Below, piece by piece: positions 21,505 through 30,497 of a DNA stretch of 64,000 bases (position 1 is the first letter of the stretch; every line of letters begins with the position of its first letter). The stretch covers positions 28,748 through 92,747 of the forward strand of contig CAVYRJ010000005.1 of the NCBI GenBank assembly GCA_963770935.1, written 5' to 3'. A program made the position numbers and the translations under genes. This stretch comes from Candidatus Bathyarchaeota archaeon. GTDB taxonomy: Archaea > Thermoproteota > Bathyarchaeia > Bathyarchaeales > Bathycorpusculaceae. The notes beneath the pieces are model-generated. The model made no database searches and was not told where the DNA came from. It was given only the letters and a program-made list of their open reading frames with translations.

Positions 21505-22359
21505 TTGGCAAAGATGCAGAAAAAAATATTTGCTATAATCACAATCATAACACTCTTCACTTCAGCAACTGTGGGTTATCGACTTTTTTCTGTTGCATCG
21601 GCTAATCCCGACAGCTCTATTCCAACCCTATCAATGCCAGTGGAATACGTTAACTACACTATTAGCCTTATAAACGGCACTTTGTGGGCAAAAATCGATG
21701 GAAACTACCCCATCTACATTCACAACCAATCTAGCTGCGCGTTTAGTGGTGAGTTGCCAATGGTTTACCCTATGCCGCCTCAAACAACCAATATTCACGT
21801 TTGGTTAGGCGACAATGAACTCAGCTGGAGCAACTATACGCAGTCGAACCTCGGCGCTATGCATCATACTGCTATCGGCGACTGGTGGATGATTAATAGC
21901 ATCCTTAGCAACATTTCTGGCTTTTTTGTACTAAAAATACACTATGAGCATCCTTTGAAAGATGTTAATGGGAGTTACCTTTTTCTCTACGACTTAAATA
22001 TCAGCCCATACCTATCGCCGCATGGCAATAACTCCACCGCTTACTTCACGGTACGATTTGAATCAGACATTTCAGATTTTTACGCTTACACCGCAGAAAC
22101 CGATGTCAAATGGAACCCCATAAGTTACTCAACAACCAAAGAAGGCTCAACACAAATAGTTTTCATCCAAATGCGCTCAGAATATAACAAGCCGCTGCTT
22201 GGTGATTTAGTCGTTGTTTTCTCAGAATCTGAACAAGTTGAAGAATTTAATTCGTGGATAATTCCTGTTTTGATTGACGTTGTTTTAATTATACTGTTGC
22301 TTTACATTAAACGGAAAACAGTTCTTTCAGTTTTGTCTTCGAGAAAAACATCTAAGTGA
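21505..22359 (+). CDS. Secreted, membrane-anchored hypothetical protein
   Basis: N-terminal hydrophobic signal, several NxS/T sequons, C-terminal TM plus basic tail. Confidence 0.75.
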   Translation: MAKMQKKIFAIITIITLFTSATVGYRLFSVASANPDSSIPTLSMPVEYVNYTISLINGTLWAKIDGNYPIYIHNQSSCAFSGELPMVYPMPPQTTNIHVWLGDNELSWSNYTQSNLGAMHHTAIGDWWMINSILSNISGFFVLKIHYEHPLKDVNGSYLFLYDLNISPYLSPHGNNSTAYFTVRFESDISDFYAYTAETDVKWNPISYSTTKEGSTQIVFIQMRSEYNKPLLGDLVVVFSESEQVEEFNSWIIPVLIDVVLIILLLYIKRKTVLSVLSSRKTSK

Positions 22360-22596
22360 GCCAACCTTAGGTTTGGTGCAGCTCAGTATCAGTTTATCTT
22401 GCTTGTTTATTGTTTGCTGCGAGTCCGATTGGCCGTTTTCTGTATATAGGCACATCGAATTCAAAGAGTGAAGTTTTCCTCATTTTCTCTCTCAGCAAAT
22501 CGTTTTAACTCGTTGGGTTTAAAACGTTTTCGCTAAACCAACTGTGTTTTACAATGGAAGGAGTCTTAGTTAAAGCTCATGGGCCGCTGAAATGTG

Positions 22597-23238
22597 TCAA
22601 TAGAAGCAGGGAATATACTCTCTGACTTTAAATGCTACACCTAAACCATCAGCAACCGCTTGCACCTTCGCCAAATCAACCTCAGGCAAACGCACAGCCG
22701 TAACTTCGACAGTGAGCACTATCTTGGTTTTGCGTATGAAATCCAGTACCGCCTCGTAGGCGTCTGGGATGGTGGGCTTACAAATCTCTATGTAAATCTC
22801 TTTGTCGCCGGCATTTAAGCTAACGCTGACCCGGTCGATGCCAGCAGCCTTTAAGTCAGCCGCTACGTCTCTGCCAGCATTCAACACATAACCGTGACCA
22901 TTCGTGTCAAGTCTGATTTGAAGCGGTCTCCCATAATTCTGCCTCACCCACCGTGAAACCTCAAGCAAAACATCCAGCCTCTCCGTTGGCTCGCCAAACC
23001 CGCAAAAAACCAATTCACCCCAACTTCGCATATGCAAAACCTCCGCAAGTTCGCCTGTGATTTCCTCCACGCTGGGTTCTTGTGCAAGTTTAAGGTTGAA
23101 GCCGCCCACACCACGCCTATAGCATTTAAGGCAGAAGTAGCAGCAATTTGAGCATTGATTAGTTATGTTTAGGTAGAGTGTGTCATCCAGCCAGTAAACA
23201 GTCTTGGGTTTATCATCTTGAGTCATGATTGATTCCAA
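22597..23238 (-). CDS. TatD-associated-type radical SAM protein
   Basis: LYLNITNQCSNCCYFC, VFCGFGEPTERL, RLDTNGHG, SVSLNA. Confidence 0.88.
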   Translation of the reverse strand: MESIMTQDDKPKTVYWLDDTLYLNITNQCSNCCYFCLKCYRRGVGGFNLKLAQEPSVEEITGELAEVLHMRSWGELVFCGFGEPTERLDVLLEVSRWVRQNYGRPLQIRLDTNGHGYVLNAGRDVAADLKAAGIDRVSVSLNAGDKEIYIEICKPTIPDAYEAVLDFIRKTKIVLTVEVTAVRLPEVDLAKVQAVADGLGVAFKVREYIPCFY

Positions 23239-23445
23239 TACCTCGACGAGGTTCTTGGAAAACTAGATCTATTGGATGCTTTATGGTTTTTTCTTTTTGT
23301 GTCAATTTTTTGGCTTTGGAAAAGATGTTGTGTAATTGTTTCAACTGTACGCAGGGAAAGGCTTGCAGCAATAACTTCTTTTCATTGCGGATGCGGCGAA
23401 TACTTTTTGACTGCCCACGTAGAATAGTTAGAATTAAGTGAATGT

Positions 23446-24321
23446 TTGGTGCCGTTAATCTCAAGCTTTGACCCTTGGCATTCAGGCCTATGCACATGTC
23501 CCCCTAAGCTGACATTTAACCCTTACACTGGATGCGACCATCAATGTACCTATTGTTACGCGTCAAGTTACATTCCTAACTTCAAGGACTGCAGACCCAA
23601 AAAAGACGCCCTGTCCCAGCTCAAGCGAGACGCTGCCAAACTCAAAGGCGATACCATCTCTATATCAAACTCATCCGATCCGTACCCAAGAGCTGAAGCG
23701 ACAGAGGGACTGATGCGGCGGTGCCTCGAAATTCTGGTGGAAAGCAACTGCAAAATCCAAATAATCACTAAAAGCAACCTTGTAACCCGAGATGATGACT
23801 TGCTTTGCAGGGTTCCATCGACGGTTGCGTTAACTATAACAACAGATGACGACGAGTTGGCTAAAGTAATTGAGCCGTTTGCGCCTTCACCCACCCAGCG
23901 ACTTAGAGCAGTGCAGGACTTGACCAAAGCAGGAATCCCCGTTTCTGTTCGAATTGACCCAATTATTCCAACAGTTAACGACAAGCCGCAAAAACTCATC
24001 TCCACGCTCGCAAGCATAGGCGTCAAACACATAACCTGTTCAACCTATAAAGCTAAAGCGGATAATTGGATGCGGCTCTCGCGGGTACTACCCAAAGTCA
24101 TTGAAGAACTAAAGCCGCTTTACTTTCAGCAAGGTGAACGAATCGGCGGTAGCACACTTCTTCCAAAAGAATACCGTTTTAAACTGCTGAAGGCTTTCCG
24201 TGATATGGCTTTGGCGAATGTTATGCAGTTTGGGGTTTGCCGCGAAGGTTTAGCCCAGCTCAGCACTGCATCATGCGATGGTTCATGGCTTATGCCCAAA
24301 CCAAAAGGAGATTTTGTCTGA
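23446..24321 (+). CDS. Spore-photoproduct-lyase-like radical SAM protein
   Basis: NPYTGCDHQCTYCYA, SNSSDPYPRAE, IITKS, EPFAPSP, RIDPIIP. Confidence 0.88.
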   Translation: MVPLISSFDPWHSGLCTCPPKLTFNPYTGCDHQCTYCYASSYIPNFKDCRPKKDALSQLKRDAAKLKGDTISISNSSDPYPRAEATEGLMRRCLEILVESNCKIQIITKSNLVTRDDDLLCRVPSTVALTITTDDDELAKVIEPFAPSPTQRLRAVQDLTKAGIPVSVRIDPIIPTVNDKPQKLISTLASIGVKHITCSTYKAKADNWMRLSRVLPKVIEELKPLYFQQGERIGGSTLLPKEYRFKLLKAFRDMALANVMQFGVCREGLAQLSTASCDGSWLMPKPKGDFV

Positions 24322-25433
24322 TGCAAAACCGGGTGGTGATTCTGGCCGATTTCGATTATTTCTTTGCGCAATGCGAGGAGCTCCGCAAATCAGTCATCAA
24401 GGATAAACCTGTCGTTGTCGGCGTTTACTCAGGACGAACTGAAGAGAGCGGAGCTGTAAGCACCAGCAACTACATAGCTCGCAAATACGGTGTCAAATCA
24501 GGAATGCCTCTTTTTTTGGCGAAACGTAAATTGGAAGGCACAGACGCTGTCTTCTTTAAAGTGGACCATGAATACTACGACCAGATTAGTGAACGCATTA
24601 TGCAGATTTTCCGCGGCTACGCCTCAAGTCTTGAGCAGGTCAGCGTGGATGAAGCTTACTTGGATGTTACTGAGCAAGTTGAAGGCAACTACGAGAAAGC
24701 AAGGGATTACGCACAAAAAATCAAAGTTGACGTTAAAAACCAAGTTGGCATATCCTTCTCTGTTGGGATTGGCCCAAACAAACTCATAGCAAAAATCGCC
24801 TGTGACAGCCAGAAACCCGACGGCTTAACCATCGTTAAACCCCAAGAAGCGAAGACTTTCCTTGAACAGTTGGATGTGAACAGACTTTTAGGGGTTGGCA
24901 AAAAAACCTCGGCAAAGATGACCGAATTGGGAATAAAAACCATCGGCGACCTCGCAAAGTACGATTGTCAAAGGCTCATCGAAGTCTTCGGCAAAGCTAT
25001 GGGTATCTACTTCCACAACGCTGCCAACGCCATCGACAACGAACCCGTCCAAGAACAAGGAGAAGCAGAATCCATCAGCCGAATCGGCACACTAAAACAA
25101 GACACACATGACTTGGCGTTTATTCTACAAAAAACTGACGAACTAACAGAATACGTCTACAAAGACCTTACAGAGCGGAACCTAAGTTTTAAGCAGGTTT
25201 CCATCTACATGGTTTTGGTTGATTTAAGCAGCAAAACCCGGTCAGTTACTCTTGAGCAACCCTCAAAAGACAAAGAAACCATCACAAAAAATGTCAAAAC
25301 TCTTTTCGAAAAATTTATCGGTGAATCTGCACTTGAAATACGAAGGGTAGGAGTCAAAGTCTCAGGGTTCCACAAAGAAGAGCCACACCAAAGACAACTT
25401 ACAACTTTTTTCCAAAACCCCCATAGTCCATAG
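24321..25433 (+). CDS. dinB: Y-family DNA polymerase IV (Dbh/Dpo4/DinB)
   Basis: ADFDYFFAQCEE, SNYIARKYGVKSGMP, SVDEAYLD, KPDG, RRVGV. ATG at 24321 overlaps the upstream TGA. Confidence 0.95.
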   Translation: MQNRVVILADFDYFFAQCEELRKSVIKDKPVVVGVYSGRTEESGAVSTSNYIARKYGVKSGMPLFLAKRKLEGTDAVFFKVDHEYYDQISERIMQIFRGYASSLEQVSVDEAYLDVTEQVEGNYEKARDYAQKIKVDVKNQVGISFSVGIGPNKLIAKIACDSQKPDGLTIVKPQEAKTFLEQLDVNRLLGVGKKTSAKMTELGIKTIGDLAKYDCQRLIEVFGKAMGIYFHNAANAIDNEPVQEQGEAESISRIGTLKQDTHDLAFILQKTDELTEYVYKDLTERNLSFKQVSIYMVLVDLSSKTRSVTLEQPSKDKETITKNVKTLFEKFIGESALEIRRVGVKVSGFHKEEPHQRQLTTFFQNPHSP

Positions 25434-25509
25434 GAATAAACAATTCCCAGTGGCATAAGCTTAAATCAAACTTGAAAACTAAATCGAGCTATTGCCCTGA
25501 GATGAAATT

Positions 25510-25740
25510 ATGAAAAGAGAAGAAGTGCTATCGCTGCTAAAAGAACTAATGGTAGCTTGCGAATCGATGCATCACTCTCCAGTTGTCTCTTTGATGGTAA
25601 ATCCCAACCCTGACCATTGGAAACTAAGCGTTAAATGGGTTAGTAACAACGAAAAAAACTGTTTCGACAAAATAATCCAAGAACGCGGATTAGTGGCTAC
25701 CGAAACAGCAGACGGCTACACAATTTTCCACAAACCGTAG
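25510..25740 (+). CDS. Small hypothetical protein
   Basis: 76-aa ORF with an ATG start in intergenic space. Confidence 0.6.
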   Translation: MKREEVLSLLKELMVACESMHHSPVVSLMVNPNPDHWKLSVKWVSNNEKNCFDKIIQERGLVATETADGYTIFHKP

Positions 25741-25804
25741 ACTTTGAATAATTTTTCCAAATATAGGTAACCTTTTTCATAACCAAAAACAGTATATTCA
25801 ATTA

Positions 25805-26404
25805 GTGATTGTTTTGGCTTCTAAACAACAAAGAAAACTGCCGCCCGACCAAACAGCTACAGACCGCATCCTGCGCTGGGGCAGTGACCATCCAGGCATA
25901 ACCACAACCAACCCCCAACTAAAACAGGAAAACTACACCTTAACAATCGAAGGCGAAGTAGAAAACCCAGTAAAACTTAGTTGGAACGATTTCATGCAGT
26001 TACCAAAAACTGTTTTCGTTAGTGATTTTCACTGTGTCGAGGGCTGGAGTGTGCTGGATTGCAAATGGGAGGGCGTACGCATAAAAGACATCGAAAAACT
26101 TGTCAAACCAAAAGAAGTAGCAAGAGCGGTGTCTTTTGAGAGTGCTGATAACTATTTAACTTCTCTATTTCGTGAGGAGCTCATAGGTGATGATGTGCTT
26201 TTGGCTTGCAAACTAAACGGTGAACTGCTCGAAGAAGGCTTAGGTGCTCCGGTGCGGCTTATCGTACCCAGCAAGTATGCGTATAAGAGTGCGTTGTGGG
26301 TTGTGCGTTTGCGGTTTACTAGAAACAAAGAACTGGGCTTTTGGGAACGGAGAGGGTACAGTGATAGCGCGGACGTGTGGAGAAACGACCGTTTCAACCG
26401 CTAA
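25805..26404 (+). CDS. Molybdopterin-dependent oxidoreductase (sulfite oxidase-like/YuiH family)
   Basis: DFHCVEGWS, GAPVRLIVPSKYAYKSALWV, GFWERRGY. Confidence 0.9.
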   Translation: MIVLASKQQRKLPPDQTATDRILRWGSDHPGITTTNPQLKQENYTLTIEGEVENPVKLSWNDFMQLPKTVFVSDFHCVEGWSVLDCKWEGVRIKDIEKLVKPKEVARAVSFESADNYLTSLFREELIGDDVLLACKLNGELLEEGLGAPVRLIVPSKYAYKSALWVVRLRFTRNKELGFWERRGYSDSADVWRNDRFNR

Positions 26405-26558
26405 CTGATAAAGATACCTGTGTGAAACTAACTATCTTGTTATATGTATTTTCTTATCATTTACAATCATTTGTTAAATCAAAGAACCTTTTTAAAATCA
26501 TGATAAGGTTTATAAGCGTAATCTATTACTTCGTTGGCTCTTCAAGAGGTCTAAAAAT

Positions 26559-26705
26559 ATGTCACAGAAAAATCAAGTAAGGCACCGCTCAAACTGCCCC
26601 GTAGCCGTTGAAACCACGGTTACATTAGCAGAATGCAGCAAACCAAACGTGCCTCAGAAAAGAAAAGAAGACGCAAAACAAACACTCTACTTAAAAAGAA
26701 TATAG
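26559..26705 (+). CDS. Putative 48-aa small protein (below ORF-track cutoff)
   Basis: MSQKNQVRHRSNCPVAV...LYLKRI, preceded by AAGAGGT and an AT-rich TTTATAA box. Confidence 0.4.
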   Translation: MSQKNQVRHRSNCPVAVETTVTLAECSKPNVPQKRKEDAKQTLYLKRI

Positions 26706-26803
26706 CCACAAAAAGCTTGCCTCTTAAGCAGAACAGCTTTTCTCCAGTTTAACTCTTTTATACTTGTACCTTCCGTTTTAACAAAGAAAAAGAGGCACCC
26801 ATC

Positions 26804-27250
26804 TTGAATTACACAGAAGCCAAACTTGGAAGAATCTTTATCCTAAGACTCCAGCATGACGAGCGACTCCACGAAGTCATTGAAAAATTCGCAACGCAAA
26901 AACAAGTCAAAAGCGCCCTGTGCTTTTTCCTAGGTGGCACCCAAGACAAAAGCAAAGTCGTTGTTGGACCAAAAAACGGAGATGCGATGCCTCCCGAACC
27001 AATGGTTACCATTTTAAGGGGTGTCCATGAAGCCTGCGGTGTCGGAACAATCTTCACCGATGAAGAAGACAAGCCCAAGTTGCATATGCATGCGAGTTTT
27101 GGAAGAAACGATAATACAGTTACGGGTTGTGTGCGTATGGGTGTGGATGTTTGGCAGATTGGCGAAGTTGTCATTCTGGAATTGGCTGGCGGCTCAGCTA
27201 AACGTGCCAAGAACAAGGAAACAGGCTTTGAATTTTTAGAAACAGTTTAA
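26804..27250 (+). CDS. PPC/DUF296 domain protein
   Basis: GRIFILRL, GVGTI, LHMHASFG, GEVVILEL. Confidence 0.88.
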   Translation: MNYTEAKLGRIFILRLQHDERLHEVIEKFATQKQVKSALCFFLGGTQDKSKVVVGPKNGDAMPPEPMVTILRGVHEACGVGTIFTDEEDKPKLHMHASFGRNDNTVTGCVRMGVDVWQIGEVVILELAGGSAKRAKNKETGFEFLETV

Positions 27251-27257
27251 GTTATTA

Positions 27258-29048
27258 TTATCCTAAGAAGCGGACTAGAAATAGTCTGTAGCCCTTGTTG
27301 TTTGAGAAAGGACCAAAAAACGGTCGATCTAGAGGATCATCAAATCTGCCTGTTTGAAAAATCTGAGTTTGAACAGCTAAATAATCCAGTGTAGTATTGA
27401 AAAATTTCGTGTGCGGACCCCAATCGAAAAGAATTATGTATTTAACATTGTTGGTTTGACATAGCCGGACAAACTCGTCGATGTCAAAGTTAGGTGTAAA
27501 GGCATCAACTGCTAGGTATGGGTACTGCCAGATTTGTTCTTTTGACATGTTCGGAGGCAAATAGAAGCGGAACATGTTTTGATCCAAGAGGTTAAAGGCG
27601 CAGACTAGCACTGCAGTCTGGTTTTGAGTCAAATTGCCAGCTAAATAATTTGTTGTTTCTTGAATTGGAATGTGAATTTGGTCTCTAACGGTCATCTGAT
27701 AAGCATCATAAGAGGCATACGCAACCGTAGAAATTACTATTGCGATAAAGAATGCCGATGCAAGTTTCTTTAAGCGGTCACCCTTGATTCCGACCGGTTT
27801 GGGCGTCCATGCATGGACTCTACTATAGAGAAACATGATAAAGCAAGTAGCAGAAATTGCCAAAATCGGGAAAAGTGGAGTAACATACCTCCACTGCCTG
27901 TTGGGAATTAAGGTAAAAAAAACATAAACCACCACAAACCACGTTAGGAAGAAGATATCCTGTTTTTTTCTTCGATATGCAAACAAACCCAAACCGCATA
28001 AGCCTAAAACAAAAATTGGCAGCGATATAGGGTGAACAGCTAGGTCTTTGAAAGGCCAGACCATTTCAGTCAAGTAGTAAACTGGAACTGGTTGGAATCG
28101 GTTGCTATAAGCAGGGCGGTCTTCTCCGCCTTCGCCCATAACATACATAATGGTTTCGAATTTGGTTACTCCATTGTAGTGATAAATCATTATAAACCAC
28201 GGCACAACAACCAAAATCACAATCACCACAATCAGCAGAAACTTTAGAAGGTTGATTTTTAATCGCTTTCTGCAGAGAAACAGAATGCTCAGTAGCATAG
28301 CTAAAGCGGCGACTATTATCTGATATTTGGCTAACACGCCGATACCCAAAGCTAAACTGGAAAACAACAATGCACGTTTACTTTCATCCTTGCTTAACCA
28401 TGTGTAGAAGGCAAACATCACTAGGGTAAAGAAGAAGATGAGCGTGGTTTCAAGCATAGTTACCCGGGAAAGCCAAAAGAATCCAGGCATGGTACCCAGC
28501 AATATGCTTGCAATTAAAGCATTTCTTTGTCCATACGTTCGTTTCGTAAACTCGAATACCAGCCAAACTGCCAGCAACGAAAAAGTAACAGCCACTAACC
28601 GCCCTGCACCCTCGCTTACTCCAAAAATCTGGAAATAACCTGTTGTAACAAGGTCGAAGATAGGTGGATAATAGCCATATGTGGTCATGTAATCCCAAGT
28701 TTGCCCACGTGAAAGCAGGGTTGCGCCATAGAGATGAGGCATTTCATCCCATTGCACCGACATATAACCCAAATTAAAGAGCGCAAAAATAGCAAAAATT
28801 ACTAAAAAAATTAGCAGAGCAGGTCGATATTGATATTTCTCCATAAAGGCAAGTGTTGTCTGCCCATATCGATATAGATGGGTTTTGAGTCGCTGCCCTA
28901 GCTTCGCTTTTCTAAATGGCGGTTGCCCGCTAGTGCCGATTGTAATGTTTAGCGACCCCTTTTTTAGGATGAGAATTAGTGGGCAGCATCTAAAAAGAGT
29001 TTGCAATAGCTCACAAAATACTGTTGCAAAAATTTTTGGGACATACAC
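27258..29048 (-). CDS. GT-C fold glycosyltransferase (family 39/ArnT-like); true start probably downstream, e.g. 28844
   Basis: QWDEMPH, YYPP, multiple TM helices, GVLAKY, RQWRYVTPLFP. Confidence 0.85.
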   Translation of the reverse strand: MYVPKIFATVFCELLQTLFRCCPLILILKKGSLNITIGTSGQPPFRKAKLGQRLKTHLYRYGQTTLAFMEKYQYRPALLIFLVIFAIFALFNLGYMSVQWDEMPHLYGATLLSRGQTWDYMTTYGYYPPIFDLVTTGYFQIFGVSEGAGRLVAVTFSLLAVWLVFEFTKRTYGQRNALIASILLGTMPGFFWLSRVTMLETTLIFFFTLVMFAFYTWLSKDESKRALLFSSLALGIGVLAKYQIIVAALAMLLSILFLCRKRLKINLLKFLLIVVIVILVVVPWFIMIYHYNGVTKFETIMYVMGEGGEDRPAYSNRFQPVPVYYLTEMVWPFKDLAVHPISLPIFVLGLCGLGLFAYRRKKQDIFFLTWFVVVYVFFTLIPNRQWRYVTPLFPILAISATCFIMFLYSRVHAWTPKPVGIKGDRLKKLASAFFIAIVISTVAYASYDAYQMTVRDQIHIPIQETTNYLAGNLTQNQTAVLVCAFNLLDQNMFRFYLPPNMSKEQIWQYPYLAVDAFTPNFDIDEFVRLCQTNNVKYIILFDWGPHTKFFNTTLDYLAVQTQIFQTGRFDDPLDRPFFGPFSNNKGYRLFLVRFLG

Positions 29049-29105
29049 AATTCATTTATGGGTTAGAATCATTTGTTTTTTCAGCTTGAATAGGTTGATT
29101 ACAAC

Positions 29106-29828
29106 TTGAAGAGTGGGGCACCTGACAAAGAAATTTCAATCCTGCTGCCAGCATACAACGAAGCAGTACAGATTGAGAAATGTGTGCTTGAAGTTGAAGC
29201 GGCTGTCCGTTCCTTTTCCAAATCATACGAAATAATCGTGTCTGAAGACGGAAGCACAGACGGCACAGATCTTATTGTTGGAAAAATGGCCAAGCATAAC
29301 CCACACCTACTTTTACTTCACTCTCCAACACGTTTAGGCAAAGGCAAAGCCATCAAAAATGCCCTCAGCTCCTCCAAAGGCAAAATTATAACTTTCATGG
29401 ACGTGGATTTAGCAACAAACCTTGAATGTTTACCCCAACTTCAACAAGTAGTTAGAAAGAACGGTGGAATGGCAATTGGCTCAAGGCACATCCAAGGCTC
29501 ACGGGTTCAACGCCGCGTTTCCAGAACTCTCTTTAGTTTAGCTTATAACTTGGCAGTGAGGCTGCTATTTCTAGACGGAATCCACGACCATCAATGCGGC
29601 TTCAAAACAATGAGCCGCGAAGTAGCAGAATCAGTATTAAACATTTCAAAATCTGACGGCTACTTCTTTGACACAGAGATGATTGTGCGTTGCAAAAAAC
29701 TCGGTTTCCCAGTTGCTGAAGTTGCGGTTGAATGGTCTGAGAGACATAAAGGCTCCTCAAAGGTTAACCCTGTGCGAGATGCGAAGAGGATTGGTTTGGA
29801 TTTATTGGCTTTCAGGCTTAAAATTTAG
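29106..29828 (+). CDS. GT2 polyprenyl-phosphate glycosyltransferase (Dol-P-Glc/Man synthase-like)
   Basis: LPAYNEA, EDGSTDGT, GKGKA, FMDVD, DHQCGFK, FFDTE. Confidence 0.92.
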   Translation: MKSGAPDKEISILLPAYNEAVQIEKCVLEVEAAVRSFSKSYEIIVSEDGSTDGTDLIVGKMAKHNPHLLLLHSPTRLGKGKAIKNALSSSKGKIITFMDVDLATNLECLPQLQQVVRKNGGMAIGSRHIQGSRVQRRVSRTLFSLAYNLAVRLLFLDGIHDHQCGFKTMSREVAESVLNISKSDGYFFDTEMIVRCKKLGFPVAEVAVEWSERHKGSSKVNPVRDAKRIGLDLLAFRLKI

Positions 29829-30487
29829 ATTTGGCTAAATTTCTTAACCATCCGCTTTATCCTTAAAACCTGCTGTTTAAGGTTTATGATCGGTGGCACT
29901 GAGTGACCAAATGGCTGGCAATGACCATCTACTATCGCTTTAGCTATTGCTTCAACGCTAGGTTCTGTTGCTTCAATAATCGTGTACCCGTAACCTATTT
30001 GGGGACCATAATGAGCGTCAGTTCCAGCAACACGCGAGAGTTTTAGGCGCTCCGCAGTTTCCTCGGCTTTTTTCACGCTATTTTTGAATGGAAAAGCGCG
30101 GGCATTTATTACTTCTATGGCATCAAAGGATACACAGACATTATCCCTCAAACATCCTTTGAAAAAAACATAAGGGTGACATGCAATTGCAACGCCGCCT
30201 GCTTTATGAATACGTGCTACAGTTTCGACAGCGCTAAAACCCCTTGGGATGAGTTCGTGAACATTAAGAGCAATTATGTGCCCGTCACTGCTAGAAACTT
30301 CCATCCCAGGGATAATTAAAAAATCTGTTTCTTTAGCGATTTTGTATGCGCCCTCAAGATTGTTGTGGTCAGTTACGGCAACAGCGTTTAACCCGCGTTT
30401 TTTCGCGTAATAAACAAGGTCCTTGGGAGTTATTAGTGAATCTTTGGAATAGGTGGTGTGGACGTGGAGGTCTGCTCTAATTTGCAT
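29825..30487 (-). CDS. PHP domain metal-dependent phosphoesterase
   Basis: DLHVHT, AVTDHN, GMEVSS..GH, CHPY, GTDAH. Start placed at ATG 30487. Confidence 0.9.
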   Translation of the reverse strand: MQIRADLHVHTTYSKDSLITPKDLVYYAKKRGLNAVAVTDHNNLEGAYKIAKETDFLIIPGMEVSSSDGHIIALNVHELIPRGFSAVETVARIHKAGGVAIACHPYVFFKGCLRDNVCVSFDAIEVINARAFPFKNSVKKAEETAERLKLSRVAGTDAHYGPQIGYGYTIIEATEPSVEAIAKAIVDGHCQPFGHSVPPIINLKQQVLRIKRMVKKFSQI

Positions 30488-30497
30488 TCTTCGGCCT

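Noticed and set aside
22394-22483. 29-aa minus-strand ORF (MRKTSLFEFDVPIY...) next to an imperfect AT-rich inverted repeat
   Set aside because: Too short and without recognisable motifs to support.
23213-23497. ORFs in the gap between the two radical SAM genes
   Set aside because: They overlap the starts of real genes, span the divergent promoter, and show no protein-like motifs.
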